A stretch of 64,000 nt of DNA from a bacterium (lineage in GTDB: Bacteria > UBA8248), in the NCBI GenBank assembly GCA_965202625.1, contig CBDBBI010000010.1:2528001-2592000 (forward strand), given 5' to 3'. The notes below the pieces were generated by a model, which was not told the DNA's origin, made no database searches, and saw nothing but the letters and a program-made list of their open reading frames with translations. The translations under genes and the position numbers were made by a program. Shown piece after piece: positions 1-9,382 of the stretch. How positions within the stretch are numbered: the stretch's first letter is position 1; each line of letters starts with the position of its first letter.

Positions 1-1
1 C

Positions 2-688
2 CCCTCGTTCAAATCGCTGATCGCCCCTGAAGCGAACCTCGCGTTCTTGTTCCCCCTCATGATCGCCTCACAGCTGCTCTTGCGCGTGTTGCAGGTGTTT
101 TTGTTCATCCTTTTGATTCTAAGGGTGGAATCAGAACGTAAGGGCGAAGGCGGTGTTTGGGACGTCGCTGAGACGATGCGTCGCCTGAAATCCGTCGCCA
201 AGGTGGACCTCGCATATACCTTTGGTTTGCAGTTGCTGGGCGCCGTTGGTTTCGCTGCAGGATTGTTCGTCATTGATTTCCTGTTCGCCTCCGCGCCCAT
301 CGGGCTTCCGTTCGCGTTTGCCATAACGGTTTTTCTCGTTCTCGCCCCCGCCGTGCGTTATTATTTTTGCACCTTGACCGCGATGTTGTATAGCGACGGC
401 TTCGTCGGGGCTTTTCGGCGCGCCGGCGTGATTTCCAGCGGCGGTGAGAGAGTTGTCGTTGCGCTGGCGATGACCTATCTCTTGGTCTGGTTCATCCTCT
501 GGCAGTTCATACAGGGCATTTTTGGAGGCGGTCTCTTGGGCCAGGTTTTGTTGCAAACGGGCGTGATGGTGACCTCGATCTCATATTATCTGGCGGGGTA
601 TCTGTTGTTTTCCGATCTTTGCCAGGCGGCGAGCGCGAATCACATAGACGAATCAAGGGAAATTTCGGAGGAGACGGGGGACTCCTAG
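2..688 (+). CDS. Hypothetical multi-pass membrane protein, 5' end outside the window
   Basis: Frame is open from base 2 to TAG at 688, with several hydrophobic segments. Confidence 0.7.
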   Translation, partial: PSFKSLIAPEANLAFLFPLMIASQLLLRVLQVFLFILLILRVESERKGEGGVWDVAETMRRLKSVAKVDLAYTFGLQLLGAVGFAAGLFVIDFLFASAPIGLPFAFAITVFLVLAPAVRYYFCTLTAMLYSDGFVGAFRRAGVISSGGERVVVALAMTYLLVWFILWQFIQGIFGGGLLGQVLLQTGVMVTSISYYLAGYLLFSDLCQAASANHIDESREISEETGDS

Positions 689-700
689 TTCCTCCCCCCC

Positions 701-1486
701 TTACAGGAAAACCTCGAAACACAGCCCGTCATACGCGAGTTCCACGCCTCTGGGCAGGCGTCGGTTGGTTTCATGGTATTCTAGCTCGTAGTTCGTGTGG
801 GTGAAGTACGTTCTCTCCGGTTTCAGCGCATCGACGATCTCCAGCGCCTGGGCGACCGTGAAGTGAGAGGGATGCTCCCGGTGCCGCAGGGCATCGAGGA
901 TGAGGACGCGCACCCCTTTGAGAATTTCCATGGATTTTTTCGGAATGGCGTTGCAATCCGTGGCGTAGGCGAAATCGCCTACCCGCAGGCCCATCACCTT
1001 CATGCCGGCGTGTTCGAGTTCAAAGGGGACGACGTCTACGCCGGCCGCTCCAAACGTCGCGCCATTGATTTCTTCCATCCTGAGTTGCGGCCTGAAGCCA
1101 TGATCGGCGCCTCCTGCATCATGGAAGATGTATCTGAAATTTTGGCGGAGAATCCGCACCGTATTGGGGTAGGCGTAGCAGGGAATCGGCTTTTGCATCA
1201 GGAAGTTGAAGGCGCGCAAATCGTCGATGCCATGGGTGTGATCCGCATGAAAGTGGGTGTAGACGACGGCGTCCACGCGGGTGATCCGGTGCTTGAGTGC
1301 CTGCGCGCGCAAGTCGGGGCCCGTGTCCACCAGCAGGTTTCTTCCCTCGCTTTCGATGAGGATGCTCGGGCGCAGCCGCTTGTTTTTCGGATCCTCGGAA
1401 AGACAGGCGGGGCTCGTGCACCCGATGGAGGGGACGCCCGTGGAGGTACCGCAGCCCAGGACGGTGACGCGCGCGCGCGCACTCAC
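701..1486 (-). CDS. MBL-fold metallo-hydrolase (PhnP-like phosphodiesterase)
   Basis: LGCGTSTGVP N-terminus, THFHADH metal motif, DTGPDLR and AYDG C-terminus. Confidence 0.9.
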   Translation of the reverse strand: MSARARVTVLGCGTSTGVPSIGCTSPACLSEDPKNKRLRPSILIESEGRNLLVDTGPDLRAQALKHRITRVDAVVYTHFHADHTHGIDDLRAFNFLMQKPIPCYAYPNTVRILRQNFRYIFHDAGGADHGFRPQLRMEEINGATFGAAGVDVVPFELEHAGMKVMGLRVGDFAYATDCNAIPKKSMEILKGVRVLILDALRHREHPSHFTVAQALEIVDALKPERTYFTHTNYELEYHETNRRLPRGVELAYDGLCFEVFL

Positions 1487-2580
1487 CGCGCCGCCTCCGC
1501 TAAAACCTGAGCGGCGGTTTGCGCGTCTTCCCTCGAGACGTCCAGGTGGGTGACGGCGCGAAGCGTTTTCGCGCTCGGAGTGGAGAAGGCGACGCCGTTC
1601 TCGGCCGTCACCTCGTTGATCGCGCCGGATGTTTTTCCGGTTTTCGAGACGTCCAGGAATACGATGTTGGTGGGCGTCGTGTCGTAGACCGGTCGAATGC
1701 CAGGGATGCCGGCGGTAAGTTCAGAGAAAAACTGGGCGTTGGCGTGGTCATCCGCTAAACGCGCCACGTGGTACTCCAGGGCGTGGATTCCGGCGGCGGC
1801 CAGAAGGCCCGCCTGACGCCAGCCGCCGCCCCACATTTTGCGATACCGCCGCGCTTCTTGAATGAACGTTTTTGTCCCGAGCAGGAGAGAGCCCACGGGA
1901 CAGCCCAGTCCCTTGGAGAGGCAAAAGCACATCGAATCACATCGCATCCCCCACTCGTGGGGGGGGACGCCCGAGGCGACGACAGCGTTGAATATGCGTG
2001 CGCCGTCGATGTGAAGGGGGATGTTCCGCTCTCGAGAGAACGTGCGCAATGCGTCGAGACGCTCCAGGGGAAACACGTTGCCGCCGCCCTGGTTGTGCGT
2101 GTTCTCCACCCAGAGCAGGGCGCTTTTGGGATGTCCTTTGGGACGAAGCCACTCCTCGGCGTCTTCTCGCCCAAAGACTCCGCGCGTCGCCGAGACCAGG
2201 GCGAATTGCACTCCGGCGAGGAAGGCGCCGGCGGCCAACTCGCTTCGAAAGGGATGACAATGGGAATCGGCGATGACCTCATCGCCGGGGTTGGTGTGGG
2301 TTTTGATAGCCAACTGGTTTGCCAAGGTTCCGGATGATACGAAGAGTCCGTCTTCCTTGGCGAAAAGCGATCGGGCCTTCTCGATGAGTTCGTTGACGCT
2401 CGGATCCTCCCCGAGAACGTCGTCGCCCACCCGGGCCTCGGCGATGGCCGCGCGCATGAAAGGAGTGGGGCGCGTTGCGGTGTCGCTTCTCAAGTCAATG
2501 AGACGGCGGGACACAGAGGAAACCTCCAGGGATTTTGGCTCTCGCTCCATGAGTCGGATTTCACGCGTTCGGTTTTTCAC
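1483..2580 (-). CDS. ltaE: Low-specificity L-threonine aldolase (start uncertain)
   Basis: IDLRSDT, GDDVLGEDP, ENTHN, HIDGARIFNA and SKGLG (PLP lysine) motifs. Confidence 0.9.
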   Translation of the reverse strand: MKNRTREIRLMEREPKSLEVSSVSRRLIDLRSDTATRPTPFMRAAIAEARVGDDVLGEDPSVNELIEKARSLFAKEDGLFVSSGTLANQLAIKTHTNPGDEVIADSHCHPFRSELAAGAFLAGVQFALVSATRGVFGREDAEEWLRPKGHPKSALLWVENTHNQGGGNVFPLERLDALRTFSRERNIPLHIDGARIFNAVVASGVPPHEWGMRCDSMCFCLSKGLGCPVGSLLLGTKTFIQEARRYRKMWGGGWRQAGLLAAAGIHALEYHVARLADDHANAQFFSELTAGIPGIRPVYDTTPTNIVFLDVSKTGKTSGAINEVTAENGVAFSTPSAKTLRAVTHLDVSREDAQTAAQVLAEAAR

Positions 2581-2683
2581 GCCTTTTTACGACCTGGCGG
2601 CGCGCTTTCTCCGGCCAAAGGAGAGAGCATATTTGCACAATCGCGAGTGATTTGCCAAATTATCGTCCCGTCATTTTCAGCTT

Positions 2684-3850
2684 TTGGAATTTCAACGCGA
2701 GAGAGATCAGACCGACGTGCGAAACTTCGACGCGCTTGTGATTTTTGGGGATGACTTTCTGAGGCGCGCGCGTTCATATCAGATGCGGCGTCTGTATGCG
2801 GGTCTCCTCTCCTCGCTCCTGGAGTTCGGCGTCCTGCTCGCGTTTTTGCTCTGGCGTCTTCGCGCGGACGCCGGGACTCCGTCAGGCGGCGCGTTCCTGG
2901 CCGGATTCGGGCTCTTCTGCCTCGTCGCGCTCGCAAGGACGCTGGTCTCCCTGCCCTTTGATCTCTATGCGGGCTACGCGCTCGCTCACAGGGAAAACCT
3001 GTCGAACGAGTCGCTGCGCGGCTGGTTGTGGGACAAGTGCAAGGGAGTCACGCTCTTGCTGCTTTTGGGCGGGGCGGCCAGCGGTGGTTGCCTGACGCTC
3101 ATGGCTGCGTGGCCGCAGCGCTGGTGGTGGATGGCCGCCCTCGCTTCGATCGTCTTGCTGGGCTTCATCTCCCTGATCGCTCCCGTCCTGCTCGCGCCCC
3201 TGTTTTTCCGCTTCAAGCCCCTGTCGGATGAAAGCCTGAAAGCGCGGCTCCTCGCCTTGCTGGAGAAGACGAAAGCGCGCATATACGGCGGCGTTTGGGA
3301 GATGGAGCTGAGCGCCAAAAGCAAGACGGCGAACGCCGCCCTTGTGGGCTGGGGGCCGTCCCGAAGGGTGGTTCTCTCCGATACGCTGCTTGATTTCACG
3401 CCCGATGAGATCGAGGCAGTACTGGCTCATGAAATCGCGCATCACGCGGGACGTCATATCGCGATTCTTCTGGCGATGAGGAGCGCGGCGCTGGCCGTTG
3501 GCGCGTATCTCTCCTACAAAGTCCTGGAATGGCTGGGCGAATGGACGCACCCCGCTCTCGCGCAGCCGGGAGAGCCCGCGGGCATTCTGGTGATATGGGT
3601 GATGCTGACCCTCGCCGGAGTCGTCATCTCCCCTTGGGCTTTGGCATTTTCTCGCGCGCTGGAGTATCGCTGCGATCGGTATGCCGTTCGGCACGCGCGG
3701 GCACGAGGCGGCTTGGCCTCCGCCCTTGTGAGGCTGTGCAAGCAGAACCTGGCGGACCCCATGCCGCCCGGCTGGGTGGTCGCGCTCTTTCATTCGCACC
3801 CATCGGTCTTTGATCGATTGGTGCGAATCGAATCGTGGGAGAGGGGATGA
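2684..3850 (+). CDS. M48 family (Ste24-like) membrane zinc metalloprotease
   Basis: TM helices, ANAALVG, AVLAHEIAH (HExxH), SRALEYRCD and HSHP motifs. Confidence 0.9.
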   Translation: MEFQRERDQTDVRNFDALVIFGDDFLRRARSYQMRRLYAGLLSSLLEFGVLLAFLLWRLRADAGTPSGGAFLAGFGLFCLVALARTLVSLPFDLYAGYALAHRENLSNESLRGWLWDKCKGVTLLLLLGGAASGGCLTLMAAWPQRWWWMAALASIVLLGFISLIAPVLLAPLFFRFKPLSDESLKARLLALLEKTKARIYGGVWEMELSAKSKTANAALVGWGPSRRVVLSDTLLDFTPDEIEAVLAHEIAHHAGRHIAILLAMRSAALAVGAYLSYKVLEWLGEWTHPALAQPGEPAGILVIWVMLTLAGVVISPWALAFSRALEYRCDRYAVRHARARGGLASALVRLCKQNLADPMPPGWVVALFHSHPSVFDRLVRIESWERG

Positions 3851-4006
3851 CGGGCGGTTTTGTCGCGGGTTCGCAGGAGCCTTGAAAAGCAGAAAGCGGC
3901 CCCGCTTCAAGGCGGCACAAGCGCATTTGCCAAAACCAGTCAGTCCGAACCCCGCCGCTGGATGGGTTTTGGTTTATTTGACGAAATGGGGCCGTGTAGC
4001 GGGGCG

Positions 4007-4969
4007 TCAGCGCGCCTGGAGCGTTTTCTTGACGTAGGGGATGACCCACTTTCCGACGTTCGGGCGCCTGGATAATGCGAGGGGGCTTTGCCCGCCCAGA
4101 CGCCGGAGTTCCGCTCTCCCGCCTTTTTCCTTGAGAATTTTCACAAAACGCTCGGCACCGCTCAGGGGATAGGATGCTTTCTGGTTGTGCAGAAAAAGAG
4201 CCGGCGCCTTTATGCGGGCCGCCGCCCGGACGGGAGAGCGCGCTCGATAGGCGTCCATTCTTTGCGCGGGCGGGCCGCCAAGCGCCGCGCGTATTCTGGC
4301 TCTGCGCAGGGCGGGGGAGCGCGTGTAGGCGCTTTCCAGGTCATAGAATCCGTTTTCCAGAATGAGGCCCGAAACGCCTTCGTCCTTGGCGGCCGCAAGG
4401 GCGGCCACCGAAGCGCCTTGTCCGACGCCATAGACGAAAATACCGTCTTTTCTCACGCCGGATCTGGCCCGTAAATAATGAACCGCGCCCAGAGCGGCCT
4501 CCACGCTTCTGGGCCCGGCGAAATCCTCCGGCCCCGTGGACGCGCCAAAGCCGGGCAGCGAAATGCTGATGAGGAAGAACCCGTCTCGCGCGTGCGTCCA
4601 CATGGCGCGCTTGAACCGTTGGGCCCGGGCGTTCTCTCCGTGGAGGAGGAGTATCGCCGGGTAGGGACCTGCGGAGGAGAACCCCTCGCCGGAAGGCCAA
4701 ACGGCGTAAGCCTCCACGCGCCCCCATGCGAACTCCAGGAACCATTCCCGAATTCCCTCCCCGCGCGGGGTTCGCGTCTCATGGTCATGGCCCCCGCCGC
4801 AACCAGTGAGCAAGAGCAAGGATGAGAGAAGGAAGGGAAACACTCGGCGGCGAAGGTTTGGCGAGATGCTCTTCAGATCCACGGCGCGTTCCTTTCTCCA
4901 TCTTTCGGCAAGCGTCCGCAAAGCGGACTGCGGAGCGAGGACGCGAAAATAACGTCCTGTCGCGTTCAT
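4007..4969 (-). CDS. Alpha/beta-hydrolase-fold lipoprotein (S9 peptidase-like), nucleophile apparently lost; true start uncertain
   Basis: LLLTGC lipobox, PAILLLHG, SLPGFGASTG and RSP motifs. The elbow reads GVGQG instead of GxSxG. Confidence 0.75.
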   Translation of the reverse strand: MNATGRYFRVLAPQSALRTLAERWRKERAVDLKSISPNLRRRVFPFLLSSLLLLTGCGGGHDHETRTPRGEGIREWFLEFAWGRVEAYAVWPSGEGFSSAGPYPAILLLHGENARAQRFKRAMWTHARDGFFLISISLPGFGASTGPEDFAGPRSVEAALGAVHYLRARSGVRKDGIFVYGVGQGASVAALAAAKDEGVSGLILENGFYDLESAYTRSPALRRARIRAALGGPPAQRMDAYRARSPVRAAARIKAPALFLHNQKASYPLSGAERFVKILKEKGGRAELRRLGGQSPLALSRRPNVGKWVIPYVKKTLQAR

Positions 4970-5192
4970 ATCACGGCGATTGGTGTATCAAAAATAAAAA
5001 ATTGCGTTTTTTGCACTTTCGCATTATATTTGTTTTTCATGAGAAACCTGAAATTTTTCTATGGACAATACATATTTAACACAGTTTTCGCACAAAATGT
5101 AGTGCGTAATGGCGAAATAGGCACTATATATAGTAAAATAGAGGTGTTCCCCGTTCCTATGCCGAGAGGTGAGGCGCGAAAGGAGGCCCGTC

Positions 5193-5420
5193 ATGATGAC
5201 AGAGCGAAAACCCGGACGCAGGATGAAGGGGACGAGCCACGTTTCAAAGCATATCCACCGGGCTTGTATGCGCAACCTCGCCCTGTATCTAAAGGGGCAA
5301 ATCTCTTACCAGGACTGGCAAGGTCGGCAGGAGGAGCTGGAATCAAGGCTTACGCCCGCCCCCGAGCTCCCCTTGGCCGCATGGAAACCCAAAGCTCCAA
5401 GGACGCCCGAAGCCGCCTGA
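5193..5420 (+). CDS. Small hypothetical protein (75 aa)
   Basis: AAGGAGG RBS at 5180-5186 before ATG 5193, downstream of an AT-rich promoter-like region. Confidence 0.55.
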   Translation: MMTERKPGRRMKGTSHVSKHIHRACMRNLALYLKGQISYQDWQGRQEELESRLTPAPELPLAAWKPKAPRTPEAA

Positions 5421-5688
5421 TTCCCTTCTCCGATGGGGCGTAAGCGTCCAGCACCCCTTGACGCGCTCGGCCCCTCTCTCCGCGTATCGTCTCGCCCGTG
5501 GGCGGGGCAGGGTCTGAAGTCCGACGCTCCCATCCGGATGAAGCCAGGCACCGAAGAGGTTCAGGCGCAAAACGTCACTACGCTTGAGCACTTCGCCCAG
5601 CGTGCGGGGAAAATGGCGCCGCGCCCTTCCCGTCTCCTCCCTCCCGGGGTAATCTTCTCCCTGGTTTTTCCAGGGGGGAGATTGTCTG

Positions 5689-7728
5689 ATGAAGCGTCCC
5701 GTGCTTGAGATGAGAAGAAACATCGGGGTCATATCTCACATTGACGCCGGAAAGACGACGACCACGGAGCGCATGTTGTTCTGCTCGGGCGCCGTGCACC
5801 GAATCGGCGCGGTGGACGAGGGATCGGCCACCATGGACTGGATGCGTCAGGAGCGCGAGCGCGGCATCACCATCACCTCCGCGGCCATCACCACGACCTG
5901 GGCGGATCATGAGATCACCATCATCGACACGCCCGGCCACGTGGATTTCACGATCGAGGTGGAAAGAAGTTTGCGCGTTTTGGATGGGGCGGTCGCGATT
6001 TTCAGCGCGGTGGAGGGCGTTGAACCCCAGAGCGAGACCGTCTGGCACCAGGCGGACAAGTTCAGCGTGCCGAGGATCGCCTTTATCAACAAGCTGGATC
6101 GTCAGGGCGCTGATTTTGAGCGCGCCGTGGAGATGATGGTCGAGAAACTGGGGGCCAAGCCCGTGCTCATGCACTGGCCCGATGGAGAGGGCGAGGGATA
6201 TACCGGCCAGGTGGAGGCGTTGAGCGGCGATTTTCTCACTTGGAATGGCGGGGAGAGCGCTCGCAGCGCGCCCCCTGACGCGCTCAAGTCCAAAGCGCGG
6301 GCGCTGAGGGACGCCCTCGTCGAGGCGGCTGCGGATTATGACGAATCCCTGATGGAGGCGTATCTGGAAGGGGGCGTCATTCGCGCGGAGGTCGTGAAGG
6401 CGGCGTTGAGGCGCGCGGTGATCGCCGGCGCGCTCGTTCCCGTCTTTTGCGGCGCATCCTTGAGGAACAAAGGGGTGCAGCCTCTGTTGGACGCCGTGGT
6501 GGATTATCTGCCGTCCCCTCTGGACGCCCCCCCCGCGCGCGGTCTCTCTCCCGGGAATGCGGAGCCCATCGCGCGTCCGCCCGCCGAAGACGCGCCCTTC
6601 TCCGCCCTGGCGTTCAAGGTGCAAATGGATGGAGGACGGCGCCTCACCTACCTGCGTGTGTATAGCGGAGTGGCGAAGGTAGGCGATATCCTGTGGAATC
6701 CCGCGCGAGGGGGGGGCGAGCGCCTCGCCAGGCTTTTCAGAATGTATTCCCACAAGCGCGAGCGCTTGGAGACCGTGGAGCCGGGCGATATCGTCGCGGC
6801 GGCCGGCATGAAGGAGGCGGCCACGGGCGACACCCTTTGCGATGAGAAAAATCCGATAGCGTTTGAGCCGATTCACGCGCCCCGGCCCGTCATCTCGGTC
6901 GCGGTGGAGCCTCAGGACGCCACGGGCGCCAAAAAATTGGGCGAAACCTTGATGAAGCTTCAGGCGGAAGACCCCACGTTTCAGGCGCGGGTGGATTCCG
7001 GGTCGGGTCAAACGGTGATGAGCGGCATGGGCGAGCTGCATCTGGAGGTGCTCGCGCGCCGCATAGACGAGGAATTCGGCGTGAGCGTCCGCGTCGGCAC
7101 CCCCCGGGTCGTGTATCGGGAGACGCTCGCGCGAGAGGCCGACGCGGAGTTCACCTTCGAGAGGGAGCTGGCCGGCGTCCCGCAGTTCGCGCGGGTGCGC
7201 GTGGGCGTGGCGCCTCGGCCCGGCGCCGGCGTTTCGTGCGAGAGCGAAATAGGGGATTCTACGATTCCTGCTCGTTTGATCGCCGCCGCGCTGGAATCTC
7301 TGAAGGCGTCCACCTCGAGTGGCGTCATGGCGGGATATGAGATGACCGATCTGCGCGTCAGTCTGCTTGAGGCGGATTACGACCCCGATCGCGGCACGGA
7401 GGCCGCCTTCTCTGTCGCGGCGGCGAGCGCGTTCACGGAAGCCTGCCGTGCGGCGGGCGGCCAGCTTCTCGAACCCATCATGGCGTTGGAGGTCGTCACG
7501 CCCGGAAAGTTTCTGGGCGGGACCATCGGCGACGTCAACGCGCGCGACGGGCAGGTCTCCGGCGTGGAGGAGCGCGGGGGCGTCTCGCCGGTGAGTGTCG
7601 TCCGCGCCTTGATGCCCCTCGCCAGAACGTTCGGCTACGCCACGGCGCTGCGCTCCATCACCCAGGGCCGCGCCATCCACTCCATTCGCTTCTCGCATTA
7701 CGCCCCCTGCGAGATGCCGGGCGCGTAG
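5689..7728 (+). CDS. fusA: Elongation factor G (stand-alone paralogue)
   Basis: RNIGVISHIDAGKTTTTER, ERERGITI, DTPGHVDF, NKLD, GMGELHLE and YATALRS motifs. Confidence 0.93.
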   Translation: MKRPVLEMRRNIGVISHIDAGKTTTTERMLFCSGAVHRIGAVDEGSATMDWMRQERERGITITSAAITTTWADHEITIIDTPGHVDFTIEVERSLRVLDGAVAIFSAVEGVEPQSETVWHQADKFSVPRIAFINKLDRQGADFERAVEMMVEKLGAKPVLMHWPDGEGEGYTGQVEALSGDFLTWNGGESARSAPPDALKSKARALRDALVEAAADYDESLMEAYLEGGVIRAEVVKAALRRAVIAGALVPVFCGASLRNKGVQPLLDAVVDYLPSPLDAPPARGLSPGNAEPIARPPAEDAPFSALAFKVQMDGGRRLTYLRVYSGVAKVGDILWNPARGGGERLARLFRMYSHKRERLETVEPGDIVAAAGMKEAATGDTLCDEKNPIAFEPIHAPRPVISVAVEPQDATGAKKLGETLMKLQAEDPTFQARVDSGSGQTVMSGMGELHLEVLARRIDEEFGVSVRVGTPRVVYRETLAREADAEFTFERELAGVPQFARVRVGVAPRPGAGVSCESEIGDSTIPARLIAAALESLKASTSSGVMAGYEMTDLRVSLLEADYDPDRGTEAAFSVAAASAFTEACRAAGGQLLEPIMALEVVTPGKFLGGTIGDVNARDGQVSGVEERGGVSPVSVVRALMPLARTFGYATALRSITQGRAIHSIRFSHYAPCEMPGA

Positions 7729-7944
7729 AGCTCCCCTGGGGGGGCGAACCCTCCATAAGATTTTCAGGATTTTTTGGCTTCTTTATCCGCTTCTTCAGCG
7801 GGAAGGTAAGGGCGGCGCCTCGAAGGACTTTCCCGCCCTCGCTTCGGGCCGATTTCCTGGAGAAGGCGCGCCCGCGCGATTTTGCATGGCGCATCTGCTA
7901 CCCTCGCCGCCTGGAGTTTGACGTGAGAAAAAGGCGGGTTTCGC

Positions 7945-8826
7945 ATGAGCACCTCCACCCTTTCGGTTCTCTTCTCGCTGTCCACCGCGTTGGTGGTCGG
8001 CTCCTTCTCCTTGTTCGTCAGAAGCGGACAGCGGCACGCGAACGCGGTCTCCGGCGTTCTCATCGGAATCATCGTCTCTTTTCCGGCACTCCTCGCAGGA
8101 GCGGTCTGGACATGGGAGAGCGCGCATTACCAGCCTGTGGCCTGGGCGTTTTTCGGGCTGGCCGGCGTCATGGGCCCCGCGGTGGGCAGGGTGTGTTTTT
8201 TCCATTCGATTCATCGGCTGGGCGTGGCGCGCGCGGTGCCGCTCAACTCCACAATGCCGCTCTTCTCCGCGATGATCGGCATGCTCGTCCTGGACGAGGA
8301 GCCGGGGACATACGTTCTGGCCGGCACGGCGCTCATCGTCCTGGGGTGCGTGGGCATCACCTCAAGGGGGGGAGAGGCGCAGCCCGTCGGAGGGCGGCAC
8401 CTGCTCGTCGCGCTGGCGAGCGTGGTTTTTTTCTCCCTCTCGCACGTGCTGCGGAAGCTGGGCGTGGGGCCCGCGCCCAATCCGTTTTTGGGGATATCCA
8501 TCATGAGCGTCTCGGGCGGCGTATGCCTCTACGTTTTCGGGCAATATCTGCCCGCGGCCCTCAGACCTTCCCTCAACGTGAAAAGGGCCTGGGCGGCATA
8601 CAGCATCGGCGGCGCGCTGAACGCCCTTGCGGTTCTCTTCCACCTCTATGGCCTTCGCTACGGAGACCTCACCATCGTCATTCCGCTCTCTGCGACCGCC
8701 CCCTTGTGGGCGCTGCTGTTCACGGCCATCTTCTTGCGCAAGCGCGAGCGCATCACCTGGCCGATCCTTCTGGGCACGGCGGCGGTGGTCGCAGGCGGCG
8801 TCCTGGTGGCGGGCCGCGCCCTCTGA
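7945..8826 (+). CDS. DMT/EamA family transporter
   Basis: About 10 TM helices in two EamA-like repeats, 293 aa. Confidence 0.85.
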   Translation: MSTSTLSVLFSLSTALVVGSFSLFVRSGQRHANAVSGVLIGIIVSFPALLAGAVWTWESAHYQPVAWAFFGLAGVMGPAVGRVCFFHSIHRLGVARAVPLNSTMPLFSAMIGMLVLDEEPGTYVLAGTALIVLGCVGITSRGGEAQPVGGRHLLVALASVVFFSLSHVLRKLGVGPAPNPFLGISIMSVSGGVCLYVFGQYLPAALRPSLNVKRAWAAYSIGGALNALAVLFHLYGLRYGDLTIVIPLSATAPLWALLFTAIFLRKRERITWPILLGTAAVVAGGVLVAGRAL

Positions 8827-8998
8827 GGAGGCGAAAACCCGCGCGTTTTGGTATAAGCCGGGCTCCACGACCGGTTTCTTCCGGTCCGCCGGCGGCGCAC
8901 GGTGGGGTGTCTCTCAGAGCAGCGTCCAGGCGAAAGACTGCCCTGCGCGTATTGACGCAAGGGGGCGTTTTTAAAAATTTTTCGAGGGGGAATGCGCA

Positions 8999-9382
8999 AT
9001 GAAATACGTCTGCAGGGTTTTTGGAGTTTTTGCGTTAGGCGTTTTTTTTGCGGCGACTCTCGCCATGGGCGCGGATGCGGTCGGCGGCCGCATCGCGCTC
9101 CACCTCGCGGGCGGGGAGGTGCAGGGCGGGCGAAAGGTGGTGCGCGTGAAGCAGGGGGAGGGGGTGCGGCTTGCGCTGACGTCCGATCTGCGCGCCGAAG
9201 TACACCTCCACGGCTACGACCTGGAAAGGGAGGTGCGGCCGGGCGAGGTCGCCGTGATGGAATTTCGCGCCAGAGTGGCGGGCCGGTTTCCCGCAACCCT
9301 GCACGCTTCCCACTCCCATGAACCGGCAAAGGGCGGTGCCCACGGAGAGAAAGTGCTGTTCTATCTGGAGGTGCATCCATGA
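8999..9382 (+). CDS. Secreted cupredoxin-like domain protein
   Basis: Signal peptide, VRVKQGEGVRL, EVHLHGYD, GRFP and a His-rich C-terminal loop. Confidence 0.7.
   Translation: MKYVCRVFGVFALGVFFAATLAMGADAVGGRIALHLAGGEVQGGRKVVRVKQGEGVRLALTSDLRAEVHLHGYDLEREVRPGEVAVMEFRARVAGRFPATLHASHSHEPAKGGAHGEKVLFYLEVHP

Noticed and set aside
5578-7698. 706-aa antisense ORF opposite EF-G
   Set aside because: Shadow ORF from high-GC codon bias; no motifs and fully overlaps a conserved gene.
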